64,000 nucleotides of DNA from Macrostomum lignano (Eukaryota): positions 372,001-436,000 of the forward strand of contig NIVC01000136.1 of NCBI GenBank assembly GCA_002269645.1, read 5' to 3'. Under the pieces are notes generated by a model. It had not been told where the DNA came from. It searched no databases and saw only the letters and a program-made list of their open reading frames with translations. Numbering within the stretch: position 1 is the first letter of the stretch; each line of letters starts with the position of its first letter. This document shows positions 11,167 to 24,800 of this stretch, in pieces. The translations under genes and the position numbers were made by a program.

Positions 11167-12589
11167 TATTGGGTAGAATACTTAAGTGTGGTATTGGGGA
11201 GATTATCCCGGTGTGGGATTGGAAAGATTATCCCGGTGTGGTATTGGGAAGATAATCCAGATGTGGTATTGGGTAGAATATTCAAGTGCGGCATTAAGAG
11301 GATTATTGATTTGGGAGATTTAATGACTGTTTATTTATTTAAAAGTGCAATAAAGAAAATAAAGTTCTGCTGGCCTTGCGGATACTGCATGGGCTGCACT
11401 GGTCTGACGAGGCTCTGTTGGGAGTCGCACTGAAGCGAGGAAGTGTGCGGATCATGATGTCGGGGCGCACAAATCTTGGGATTCTGACTGCAAGGTGCCG
11501 GGTTGCTGGGCCCTCCCTTTGTTTCTAAATGGGAAAAGAGGGTTTTTCTGCTGGACGAAGCTGAATGGGATAAAAGATTGCCTGATTTTGTGTCTTAACT
11601 ACTGGCAAACGGATAGCCCAGCTAGAATATGGCTTATCAAGCACTGCAGCTTACTGGGGAGTGGCTGAAATTAGATCGCACTTCCCTCCCACGGTTCCCT
11701 CTCTGCTGCCTTGGTATTCACAGTCTTCATTCTCCCACCTTCACTACTTTTGTATTTACACTTTCTATCTCCATATTGCCGTTCTTGGTAGTGCATTCTC
11801 TCCCTGTTTCTCTAACGTCATCTATTCTCTCCCCATGTCTCTCTTTCACCTTATCTATTCTCTGTTCATGTCTCAGCTCATCTATTCTCTCTCTATTTCT
11901 CTCTCACTTTATCTGTTCTCTCCCTATGTCTCTCGTCTCACCTATTCTCTTCCAAAGTCTCTCCCTCACCTCATCTATTGTCTCCCTGTCTTTCTCTCTC
12001 TCACTTCACCTATTCTCTTCCAAAGTCTCTCTCTCACCTCATCTATTCTCTATCCATGTCTCCCTGAACTCATCTATTCTCTCTTCATGTCTCTCAGCTC
12101 ATCTATTCTCTCCCCATGCCTCTCTCTCACCCTATCTATTCTCTCACCTCATCTATTTTCTTCCTATGTCTCTCTCCTTATCTATTCTATACCTAAGGCT
12201 CTCTTTCACATTATCTATTCTCTCCCCTAGACTAATCTATTTCCAGTCGCTCTGACCTTCTCCGCCCTCCGTTGCCAGGCTGTTCAGCGAGTCGCAGAGC
12301 TGCCCCGCTGCCGACTCCGACTGCACCCGAACGACCTGGTGATGCGAGCTGGCAGCCGCCGCTATCACCTGGCTTGCTTCACCTGCGGCACCTGCCAGAG
12401 ACCGTTCGCTCCGGGCGACACCTTCGGGATGGACGCTGGGGGCCAAGTGCTCTGCCCGCTGCACCTGCGGCCGGGTGGCGCCGGAGTCACGGAGGCTAAA
12501 AAAATGGGAAAGCTTGCCACTGCCGCCTGCCTGCCTGCTGTGAGCATGGGGTCTTGGGGTCATATGGCGAGATTCTGGGGAATTTAGGA

Positions 12590-13210
12590 TTAGGGGGATT
12601 CTGGATTTGACAGAGTTTTAAGCTTATAGGGAAAGTGGGATTTTGGGGAAATTTAGGATTGAGGGGCATTTAGGATTTGGGGGGATTTAACACCTGTGGG
12701 GAATTTAGGATTTGGGGGGATTTAACACCTGTGGGGAATTTAGGATTTGGGGGGATTTAGCACCTGTGGGGAATTTAGGATTTGGGGGGATTTAACACCT
12801 GTGGGGAATTTAGGATTTGGGGGGATTTAACACCTGTGGGGAATTTAGGATTTTGGGGGATTTAACACCTGTGGGGAATTTAGGATTTGGGGGGATTTAA
12901 CACCCGTGGGGAATTTAGGATTTGGGGGGATTTAACACCCGTGGGGAATTTAGGATTTGGGGGATTTAACACCCGTGGGGAATTTAGGATTTGGGGAGAT
13001 TTAACACCTGTGGGGAATTTAGGATTTGGGAGATTTAGAGGAATTTAGGGTTTGGGGGAATAAAGGATTTAGGGGATTTAGGGGGATTTAGGTTTTGATG
13101 AATTTGGGATTGGGGAGATTTAGGGGGATTTGGGATTTAGGGGAATTGGATTTGAAAGAACTCGGGATCTATGGGGAATATACAATTTTAGGGATTTAGG
13201 ATTCGGGAGG
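12590..13210. repeat. 35-bp G-rich minisatellite GGGGAATTTAGGATTTGGGGGGATTTAACACCTGT
   Basis: Tandem copies. Confidence 0.85.
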
Positions 13211-13675
13211 TGTATACGATTACAAATATTATTTAGAGAAATTTATAATTGGCAAAAAAGGAATTGAGAGAATCAAAGACGCAAGGGATGCGAAGAGTTC
13301 TGAGCAAATTCCAGCAATCACGCATCATGCAACCCCAACAACACACGCCAGCAGCAGCGTCCGAAGGGCCGACCAAAGAAGTCACCAAAAGCCGTCGTCC
13401 CCGCCGACTCTGCAACTTCCACCACGGCCGCCACGGTCGCAGCCGAGGTGGCTGAAGGTCACCCAGGTGCCCAGCAGCAGTTCAACCCGCTGACATCATC
13501 GGTTGCCACCACCGTCTCTGTTGACGCTGACTTCCATTCGTTGGGGCAGGGTGTAGGCGACGGAGGAAAAGAGCTGATTGGCTGCTTAGGCTTGCCTCCT
13601 GTCTCCGGTGAGTTGATTTCCGCGTCCGATGGCTGTGACTGAGCCTCTTTAATTAGAGTTTAGAGGCAACATTTT

Positions 13676-13910
13676 TAGTCCGCCGACTCCCCTGAGCAGG
13701 CACACAAGCGCGCGGATACCTACGCAGTCATACGCACGGGCACACATCACACAGGAGTGTACAGCGGCCCTAACCTATTTATCGTTAGGCATGTACACTT
13801 CACTGCGCCTTGGCCCTCAATTGCGTTAATTGCAGAGTTAATTGAGAGCCAAGCTGAGGTTCCAATTTAGCCCCAAATAAATCTGACTGCACTTGGAATC
13901 GAGCCACTGG
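13676..13910 (-). mobile_element. SINE family 1, copy with truncated head
   Basis: Close match to 10895-11115, ending inside the B box (CTTGGAATCGAGCC). Confidence 0.7.
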
Positions 13911-14949
13911 ATATGGGCCCCCATCTGATTTCCCCTCCTGTCTCCTCATGTGGTTTGATTTGAGTCCTCCTGGCACACGTGGTTCCGTGGCGTCTGCTTG
14001 AACCTCCCGATTTGCATCTAATCAAAACCGAAGTCATACTTGCTCGCTTCAAGACTGCTCTCACACCGCCTATGGGACGAGCGGAACTGCACCTGAGGCC
14101 ACTCGATAGCTGCAGACATGACGCGCTTCAGCGAAGCTCAGCCGCACTAAAGTAGGAAAAGTCGCCCCGTAGCAACAAGACCAGCATTGAGTGAACAGCA
14201 GGGAGGTGTGCGGCCATAGACTAAAAACCCCCCAGAGACCCTGACAGTTGTATCTGCGGCTCGATCTGCGGCTCCGCCAAAAGCCAAGGACCCTTGAAAA
14301 GCTCCTCAGACCCCCAGTTAAACACATTATGGAGTCGGTCGCCTCTCTCAACACCCACTCGAGTTTGTTTGGCCGCCGGCTCTTCACCAGCCGGCTTCTC
14401 AGTTTAAAAACAAAGGAAGGAGGGGGTGGAGGCGGTCAGGCCTGGTGTGTAGGTGAGCCGTCGTGTGACCGCAGTGTCAGCCTGCCGAGTGTGAAGGAGA
14501 AAAACACCAGAGGAGCTCCGCCTACTCAAGTGAGTGAGCTGGTCGCTAGCCCACCCGCTGGGCGTTGAGTCCAGCTCAGTCTGTGGCAGACCATCTGAGC
14601 TGAGCTGCTCTCAAGGGGAGGTCCCTTTAGGGAGGCTTCTTTGTATCTCACGAATTCAAGAGACCGGCTGAGCAGAGAGTTGAGGAGGGAGAGAGTGAGT
14701 GAGCATGTCGCGTTGGATACTCGGACTGGGGTCTCACACCTTCGCCAATGCCGCCGAGTTCAATAGCCGCACAGCAGGGGGTCTGTGGGCCGGTCTGAGA
14801 CGTCACCTACTCAATTCTGCACGGCAACTCACCCTGAGGCGGCTGCGGCGGCGGCGGCGGCGCACCCAGCCTTTGTGTTCTGAGCTGGTTCTCTCTCGTG
14901 TGCCTCTGCGTGATATTTTATGTAGCAAAACATTTCAGGGTTTCTGAAT

Positions 14950-15295
<346 letters not shown>

Positions 15296-17086
15296 CAATT
15301 CAAGCGAGCAAAAACCAATCATTTTCAAAACTTTCTGCAGAGTCTTCATCTGACCACATCGCCTTGCCAACAAGTTCTTCATCGGAGCTCGGCGGCCAGC
15401 CTCCGGAGCAGCCGCACCAGCGCTCGGAAGTGACTTATCGGCACCAGCAGCACCCGCAGCGCCAGAAGCGAGTCCGCACGAGCTTCAAGCACCACCAGCT
15501 GCGCGCCATGAAGGCCTACTTCTTAGTGAACCACAATCCCGACTCGAAAGATTTGAAGCAGCTGGCGCAGAGGACCAGCCTGAGCAAGCGGGTGCTGCAG
15601 GTGTGGTTCCAGAACGCCAGGGCCAAGTACAGGAGGTCGCTGCTGAAGCAGTCGCAGGCTCAGCTGGACCTGTCACCAGGCAATCAGGAGCCGCTGCAGC
15701 TCATGCAGCAGATGGATGAGGAACCCAGCGGCTCGGACATCTCATCCGGCAATGTCGGTCTCATGCCAGCTCAGGCTGGGACAGGAAAAGCAGGTGCTGC
15801 CTCCGATGATGATGCTGATGTTGATTCCATGCAAGGCTTCATCACTTTGCACAGCGTAAATTGCCACTGAGACTGCAGACTACTGATTAAAATAGCGGTG
15901 AGTAGTGTGGAGTTGTACATTGAAAGTTTAAACACTGATTAAGTATATATTTGGTGTTTGTCAGTAGCCAAGTCACGAATATGTGCGTATTGTATTTTAA
16001 ATGCAATCGAATTCAAATGTTGGCATGTGACACAAATTTGTATTCATTGAAAAACTTTATTGGCCACTTGTAATATTGCGTAATTTTGTTTTAATCAGCA
16101 TGCACTTGACTTGAGCACTCGAATTTAGCAAACTTTTGTGCGTATGCAATTCAGACTTGCTTAGACATGCTTTATCGTGAAAGAAGATTTTCTGGTTTAT
16201 TATTGATAGCTAACTGTCTAATGTTTCCATTGCTACTGAAAGCATAACATAATTATTGAAGTTTAGATATTCTACAAAATTGTACGCCCGGATTACTGCC
16301 ACTTTTTACTTCAATAAAATGAAATTGAAACGGTAATTAATCTTGTTAGTTTCTAGAACATGGCGCTATTAATATCCTATCAAAAAATGCGTAAATAAAA
16401 CCGGCCTATTTTCAATGAAAATATATACAGTCTGCCCTATCGTGAAAATTTTTTTGTTTAGAAACTCGTGCCTTGGTCAGTTTCTTCCGGATTTAATTTT
16501 CCAGTCTATTTAAACAATTATAATAAAAGAATAGCTAAACAGTTTAATCAAATGCACAATAAGTAGTGACTCGATATAATGTTAATCCCGTAAGAAAAAT
16601 AAGAAAGGAATTTTTAAATAATTTATTACCTGTATTAATTATTCTATTATTTCAATATTTAAGAATAAAAACTTTCTTCAAACGCCCAGCAATCTATTTT
16701 AGAATAAATTTATTTGTTTAAGTATCACAAGAGTTGCAGTTTGAAATTTATAGAACCATATACCTGCTGACACTTATTTCTATTCGCTGGAATGCAAACC
16801 AGAAACCGACAAGCATTAAAATAAATCCTTATTAAGAAGAATACAATAAACTTTAACAATAAAATTGCATACTTTTCAGCAATATTATTCCTGACAATAA
16901 TTAGCTAATATAACTGTTTGCTCATGCAATGATCATTTAGACATAGATTCAATCAGTAGTCATGACAGAAAAGTAAAACAAAATAATAATAAAGTTAAAG
17001 GCTTAGCCAACTTTGTTTTCATAAGGCTTCCTCCGACATTCCTGCACTGTATTATCTTTAGAATTAAAATGTCTCGATTCCTACTG

Positions 17087-20000
17087 TCAGTAGTAGCGTA
17101 TAAATGAATCACCAGCCAGCATTTGACTCCCTACTGGTCGCAGCTGGCCGCGGCTGGCCGCGGCTCCAGTGGCTCCTGGAGGGCAGTTGGCGGCAAACAC
17201 CCAGTGGTTGGCGTCTGTCTCGGCCTTGTGATCGGTGAAGTAGGTCTGGCTGGACACATCGAACTCGGTGCCCATCAGGCCTCTGCAGTTTGAGTCAGGG
17301 GGTATTGCTAATTTATCGTCGATATACGTGTCCTGATTACAAATCAATTGTGTCCTGATTACAGATCTATTGTGTCCTGACTACAGATCTGTTGTCCTGA
17401 TTACAGATCTATTGTCCTGATTACAGATCTATTGTGTCCTGATTACAGATCTATTGTGTCCTGATTACAGATCTGTTGTGTCCTGATTACAGATCCGCTG
17501 TGTCCTGATTACAGATCTATTGTGTCCTGATTACAGATCTGTTGTGTCCTGATTACAGATCTGTTGTGTCCTGATTACAGATCTGTTGTGTCCTGATTAC
17601 AAATCAATTGTGTCCTGATTACAGATCTATTGTGTCCTGATTACAGATCTGTTGTGTCCTGATTACAGATCTATTGTGTCCTGATTACAGATCTATTGTG
17701 TCCTGACTACAGATCTGTTGTCCTGATTACAGATCTATTGTGTCCTGATTACAGATCTGTTGTGTCCTGACTACAGATCTGTTGTCCTGATTACAGATCT
17801 ATTGTGTCCTGATTACAGATCTGTTGTGTCCTGATTACAGATCTATTGTGTCCTGATTACAGATATGTCGTGTCCTGATTACAGATCTGTTGTGTCGTGA
17901 TTACAGATCTATTGTGTCCTGATTACAGATCCGCTGTGTCCTGATTACAGATCAGTTGTGTCCTGATTACAGATCAGTTGTGTCCTGATTACAGATCTGT
18001 TGTGTCCTGATTACAGATCTGCTGTGTCCTGATTACAGATACTGTCCTGAGTACTGTTCTTGCGCTTGTGCACTGTTTAAATACTCAAAGTACATCTCTT
18101 ATTGTTCGATCGACAAGTCGATTAGCAAGCCGAATCTCAGTACCTGATAACGAATTTGTCCTCCACAGCCAGACCCTGGTTGGTCTTCGCATGCTTCAGG
18201 ATCAGCGGCTCGCCAACCTGGAACCAAGGCGATGATATGGAATGAAGCTCAAGGCTGAGGAAAATCTGCGCAATAATTTGAAAATATGACGGCTGGCTGG
18301 AATCTAAACGTTGAAGTTTAAAATCTGATTGATAAAGTTGCAGTTTAGGATTCAAATATTGCAGTTTAGGGTGTAATGATTGCAGTTCAGGATGTAATGA
18401 TTGCAGTTTAGAATCTGATTGATAAAGTTGCAGTTTAGGTTCAAATATTGCAGTTGATGATTTAATGATTTCAGTTTAGGATGTAATGATTGCAGTTTAA
18501 GATGTAATGATTGCAGTTCAGGATGTAATGATTGCAGTTCAGGATGTAATGATTGCAGTTCAGGATGTAAAGATTACAGTTTAGGATGTAATGATTGCAG
18601 TTTCAGATGCAAAGACTGCTCTGAAAGCACAGGTAATTCCGCGCTCACAGGAATTGGGGCGCCCTCGTACTCCATGCGCAGCTGCGGGTTGAAGTACTCA
18701 GCCCGCCAGTGTGTCAGGAAGCTGCTCTCGGCGGTGAACTGCACCGCCTGCTTGCCGTGCTTGCGCGGTGTGTCGCCAAATTTCACCCGATCCGACGATA
18801 GAAACATCTGCGGGTTTTTCATGCCCGTTTTGTACTACTGGCAGCGTAGATGCGGTGTTCTTTGTCTTTTTTTAATAAAAGGATCAGCTTTAACCATAAA
18901 TAAGACAAACTAGTATGCGTGCCCGCTCCTTTTATGTTGAGTACATATTCGTCAGAAATCCATCAGGTATAGGCCCATCAAACACACAAGAAATCCATCA
19001 GGTCTAGGCCCATCAAACACACAAGAAATCCATCAGGTCTAGGCCCATCAAACACACAAGAAATCCATCAGGTCTAGGCCCATCAAACACACAAGAAATC
19101 CATCAGGTCTAGGCCCATCAAACACACAAGAAATCCATCAGGTCTAGGCCCATTAAACACACCAGAAATACATGTACATCAGGTCTAGGCCCATTAAACA
19201 CACCAGAAATACATCAGGTCTAGGCCCAAGAAACACATCAGACAGAAACGCATCAGGTCTAAGCCCAATAAACACTTTAGAAACTCTTCAGGTCTAGGCC
19301 TCTTCAGTTCTGAGAATCAGCGCATTAGAATCTATCTGCTTCAATCGACTTCTTCAACACATAAAATCTCCTTGAGCATCTCTCCAATCTCTTTAAAGCC
19401 AGTATAGTTCAGCAGCTCAGCAGGCACTCACCGGCTTGCCCAAACTGGAGTGAGTTGCCAACTGGAACGGCTGATTGAAGGTCACCGGCTTGCCCTCGGG
19501 CGTGCCGTCAACGCTGACGATGGTGAAGACGTTGCGGCCCATGGCCTGGCAGGACTGGGCAGCGGAGGCCGGGCTGGGGTCGGGCAAGGCGCCAGCAGGG
19601 CTGCTCAGCACCTCCTCGCCGATGGACACGCTCAGCACGGAGGGGCAGCGGGGCTGGCAGCGGCCGAGACGTACGAGAGCAGCGTCAGCGCCCGGGTTGC
19701 GCAGCTGGACCCGATCGCCGAAGTGCAGCAGGCCGTCCTGAGAGGTGCTCAGCGCGGCGCCAGACTGCAAGTTCCCGACAGAATTTAGTTATGAGCTGAT
19801 TCGATGAGAACAACGAAAAATTAGCTTATTAGAAACCCCTCAGCTTCAGTTTTATGTTGCTGAGTGTTACATGTTGTTGAGTGTTACATGTTGCTGAGTG
19901 TTACATGTTGCTGAGTGTGTTACATGTTGCTGAGTGTGTTGCATGTTGCTGAGTGTGTTGCATGTTGCTGAGTGTGTTGCATGTTGCTGAGTGTGTTACA

Positions 20001-21341
20001 TGTTGCTGAGTGTGTTACATGTTGCTGAGTGTGTTGCATGTTGCTGAGTGTGTGCTACATGTTGCTGAGTGTTACATGTTGCTGAGTGTGTGCTACATGT
20101 TGCTGAGTGTGTGCTACATGTTGCTGAGTGTTACATGTTGCTGAGTGTGTGCTACATGTTGCTGAGTGTGTGCTACATGTTGCTGAGTGTTACATGTTGC
20201 TGAGTGTGTGCTACATGTTGCTGAGTGTTACATGTTGCTGAGTGTGTTACATGTTGCTGAGTGTTACATGTTGCTGAGTGTGTTACATGTTGCTGAGTGT
20301 TACAGGTTGTTGAGTGTTACATGTTGCTGAGGATGATAAATAAGTCAATGCGCTGTTCTCTCTATATACCCCGTGTGAGTAGCTGCTTTTTAATTTCCCT
20401 CACAATAAACTAATTTGGTACCGTAATTACTTACATCGGCAGAAGTTGATGACGAATTTGAGGCAACTGACTTGTACAGATTGCCCACTTTCTGGGACAG
20501 CAGTTCACCGCGCTCTTTTTTCTCGAGGAAGTTCTTGATCGTGTCCTATGAATAATTTAGAAACAATGGGGTAAACTTTTATAGATACAAAGTTTGTAAA
20601 TTGTTAAATTTGCTCAAAAATAGCATCTCATGATTCGTGACACTCTTTTTAGATATTCGCATTAAACCTATGGACTGATCGATTCACTTATTTAGAGATG
20701 AGATTGAGAAATATCGATTGCTTTCAAATCTTATTTTATCAGCGTATTTTTTACAGCGCAGACTGGTAAAATGCTCTTTATGAATGCATAGGTCTATACA
20801 GAATGCAATTAGTAAACTTAAATATATCTGAATAAATGCAATATTTAAAAAATTGCAATACTTTATCCGGTAATAAAAGCAACCATTAAGCACGGAAATA
20901 TTGTTTATTGAAATATAAATATTATTGGATTGCATATTTGCCACAAAAATTACTGATAAGAATTAATGCCCTGAATTATTAGTAAAGGATAAAGTATAAA
21001 GTATAATTTGAAGTCGTCAGAAGGCAGAAGCAAAAATGCAATATACCCATGCAGTTCCTTTCATGACCATCAACCCAAAAATTGTAAAAGTAATTTTTTA
21101 TGGAATGATCAGTCATAGATAATTAAATTCTCTTCGTAAGTAGAGTTTGCTTTGAAATACGTATTCATCGGACGTTTTACGGTTTGCCGCTCATATTAGT
21201 GTTGGACACTGGAAACTGGAAAGTCTCACTGATGGGTGGACTGGTTAGGTTAATCCCGCGGTAACTTACCTCTTCAAGCTGGCAATCCTCAAACCAGTTT
21301 CCTACTCGCACCGACGGGTTGTATGTTCGAGCATGCGCCAT
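17087..21341 (-). CDS. CFAP161: Cilia- and flagella-associated protein 161 (C15orf26 family), 6 exons, about 314 aa
   Basis: Exons 21341-21270, 20545-20435, 19764-19432, 18807-18649, 18217-18144, 17282-17087, all GT-AG and phase-compatible. The protein has MAHARTYNPSVRVGNWFED, LSTSQDGLLHFGDRVQL, GRNVFTIVS, PQLRMEYEGAPIP, HAKTNQGLAV and NHW motifs matching CFAP161 as I recall it. Confidence 0.88.
17330..20330. repeat. Intronic minisatellites of CFAP161: 22-bp (17330-18050), 21-bp (18360-18600), 35-bp (18950-19290), 17-21-bp (19855-20330)
   Basis: GTGTCCTGATTACAGATCTATT; GATGTAATGATTGCAGTTTAG; CCATCAGGTCTAGGCCCATCAAACACACAAGAAAT; ACATGTTGCTGAGTGT(GT)T. Confidence 0.9.
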
Positions 21342-21759
21342 ATTTCAGTATGCTTTCGCACCAGATGCTGAAAGCTCTAGAACGGACCGGATCAACTTGA
21401 AAATAAGAAATTAAGCTTGACAATATTAACTTTCAACAAGTACCACGGATCAAATAAAATTTGTGTTGCTTAACATAGTAACTATAATGCTTAACATTCT
21501 AACCATTTAAGTCATAATGTGCTATAAAGTAAGTATTTAAAATAGTTAAAATAAAGAATGCGCTAAAGCTAGGCATTTTTAATATTACACACGGTACTTT
21601 TTCTTATACCTAAAATAATTGCGGAATCTTTTTATTATTATTTACGTGCACTGTTTACGGCTCGTCTTTGTTTCTTGACTGGTATCAAAAGTTAGGCGCT
21701 ATCACCAAGATATTATATACTCAGTGGTAAAAAATAAGCACAGCAATTAGCTTGCGAAA
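21342..21759. promoter_or_regulatory. Shared bidirectional promoter/5'UTR region between CFAP161 and NCBP1
   Basis: 418 bp separate the divergent ATGs at 21341 (minus) and 21760 (plus). Confidence 0.6.
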
Positions 21760-21829
21760 ATGGCTCATCCTCACAGATATAGCCACGGCCGACACGATCG
21801 CTCGCAGCACAATGACGATGAAGAAGGGG
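21760..21829 (+). CDS. NCBP1: NCBP1/CBP80 exon 1
   Basis: MAHPHRYSHGRHDRSQHNDDEEG(G) ends at a GTAAG donor in phase 1 and joins in frame to the exon at 47224 (GSRSKRSRLE...). This resembles the MSRRRHSDENDG/GQPHKRRK start of vertebrate CBP80. Confidence 0.7.
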
Positions 21830-22571
21830 GTAAGTTGCTAACATAATCATAATCATGATTTTACCAGGTTAGGGCCTATTTATTTAAGATTTATAATTTT
21901 TCCTGTGCTAGGTATACATATATAAAATATTGATATTATTTTTTATATATCAGTAATTTAATTCAATAATTACCATTATTATTAGCTGATCGACTCATAA
22001 CCTTCCTTTTTTAAGTTTAAAAGTTTTTATCTTATCTGTCTTATCAATCTTAATCTGAACATGTTCTACTACGATGTCGATGGATTGCAGGGATTGATAT
22101 AACTTACACTTCTTAAATTTTGTCCAACTTGGAATATTCCAACTGTTATTCTGACTTATAATGAGGTTAATTAAAAGTTAGAACAATGGTCTGAATCTTC
22201 CAACTCTTATTCTGACTGATTATTTTAAATATACTAAAAGTCTAAATATAGCAAGTCCTGTGAGTGGGTGCCAATCATTTTGTCTGCTGACAGTTCGTCT
22301 GCTAAGCAGACGAAAAGTTTTCTCTTTCTAAAACTGTTTGTCTGCCAGGAAATGTGGGAGCCACATATTTGGTGCTGCTATTGACTGCAATCATCATATT
22401 GCAAATAAGCTTGCTGTCAAGTGCTCACATACTTTTTACAAATGACACAGATGTCCTTGCATTTGAGAAATTTTAAATGAGAATAACTATTCACCAATAA
22501 TTTTATCTTTATCAAATTTTTTACAGTTTCCGTTCCACTGTTTTTAGTTAAGCTTTCTTATTTTAGGTGTA

Positions 22572-23700
22572 TACTAGCAATCTACGCCCCCATTGGGAGC
22601 CAAAGAAATGCAATACACGTTTTTTTAATAAACTACATATATCCTTGAAATCTTAAAAAATCTCTTGTCAAACCTTGTAAGCCTTGACATGTCAGTAATT
22701 CCCCCCCACAAGCTTTAACATATCAACTTCCCCCCTTGAGCAATGCCCCCGGCCCAATAAACCTTGGAAATCTAAAAATATCTGTCAACCTTCTAACCCT
22801 AACCCTAGCCTAACCCTAACCCTAACCCTAACCCTAACCTAACCCTAAAGCATTGAAATTTCACTAATTCTCTCCAAGAGTCATTATAGCACTACAGCGT
22901 TATAGCGATTCCCTGCAAGCCTCGACATCGTAGGGATTCCCAAATGAATATCTTAACTTCGACATGAAGCTTTTATTTTTTACATTACGCTTTTTTTATC
23001 AGCAATCCCTCCCCTGAGGAGGCATCAAATAATGTAAGAAAAAGTTTTCAATAAACTACATGTAGCTTTTGACTTTAGCCTTGAAATCTCATTTATACTC
23101 CCGTGAGCCTTGACATCTCAGCTATTCCCCCCCGTAAGCCTTAACATGTCAGCGATGGCACCCATAAACCTTGAAATATGAAAAATCCCCTGCTAACCTT
23201 GAAACCTGATAAAATATAACCCTCAAACCACACCTGACCTAAACCTAACTTTAACCCAACCTAAAGCCTTGAAATCTCAGCAATTCTTCTCCCCTAAGCC
23301 TTGACATTTTAGTGATTCCTTCTTTAAGAATCACAGCACTATAACGATTTCTACCTAGCTTTGACATCGTAGCAATTCCCAAATGAATCTTTTAACTTCG
23401 ACTATGACTTTTCTTTTATGTATACATAGTGCTACTTTTATTTTTTACATGACTCTTCTTTTATCAGCGCCCGTGGCAAGCCAACAAAGAATGCAATAAA
23501 AAAATTGAGTAAAGTACATGGACTTTGAATTAGCTTCTGACTTTTGCTTTGACATCTCAGAAACCCCCCCCTCCCGTAATCTCAGTTATTCTCTAAGAGC
23601 CTTTACGTCTCAGTTTTTCTCCCTAGCACAGCATTATAGCTGCATTTAATTTTTCCATGACACCCTTCATGTCTGACATGACGCTTCTTTTATTCTACCA
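22572..23700 (+). mobile_element. Degenerate tandem of about three ~430-bp Helitron-like units containing (CCCTAA)n
   Basis: Similar blocks start at about 22572, 23000 and 23462 (..GAAATGCAATA..AAACTACAT..CCTTGAAATC); (TAACCC)n at 22794-22847. Confidence 0.4.
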
Positions 23701-23739
23701 TGATGCTTCTTAATTTTTTAAATGACACTTTCATTAGTT

Positions 23740-24800
23740 TTTAAATGATGCTTCTATGATTTTTTAAATGACGTTTTTTTGATTTTTATATGACGCTTCT
23801 ATGATTTTTTACATGACGCTTCTATGATTTTTATATGACGCTTCTATGATTTTTATATGACGCTTCTACGATTTTTACATGACACTTTTATGATTTTTAC
23901 ATGACGCTTCTATGATTTTTTACATGACGCTTCTATGATTGTTTACATGATGCTTTTATGATTTTTACATGACGCTTCAATGATTTTTTACATGACGCTT
24001 CTATGATTGTTTACATGATGCTTCTATGAGTTTTTAAATGACGCTTCTATGATTGTTTACATGATGTTTCTATGATTGTTTACATGACGCTTCTATGATT
24101 TTTATATGACGCTTCTACGATTTTTACATGACACTTTTATGATTTTTACATGACGCGTCTATGATTTTTTACATGACGCTTCTATGATTGTTTACATGAT
24201 GCTTTTATGATTTTTACATGACGCTTCTATGATTTTTTACATGACGCTTCTATGATTGTTTACATGATGCTTCTATGAGTTTTTAAATGACGCTTCTATG
24301 ATTGTTTACATGATGTTTCTATGATTGTTTACATGACGCTTCTATGATTTTAATATGACGCTTCTATGATTGTTTACATGATGCTTCTATGATTGTTTAT
24401 ATGACGCTTCTATGATTTTAATATGACGCTTCTATGATTGTTTACATGACGCTTCTATGATTGTTTACATGATGCTTCTATGATTTTTTACATGACGCTT
24501 CTATGATTGTATACATGATGCTTCTCTAATTGTTTACATGACGCTTCTATGATTGTTTACATAACGCTTCTATGATTTTTTACATGACGCTTCTATGATT
24601 TTTTACATGACGCTTCTATGATTTTTTACATGACGCTTCTATGATTCATTACATGACGCTTCTATGATTGTTTACATGACGCTTCTATGATTCATTACAT
24701 GACACTTCTATGATTTTTTACATGACGCTTCTATGATTTTTTACATGACGCTTCTATGATTGTTTACATGACACTTCTATGATTTTTTACATGACACTTC
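23740..24800. repeat. 22-23-bp minisatellite ATGACGCTTCTATGATTTTTTAC
   Basis: Tandem copies. Confidence 0.9.
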
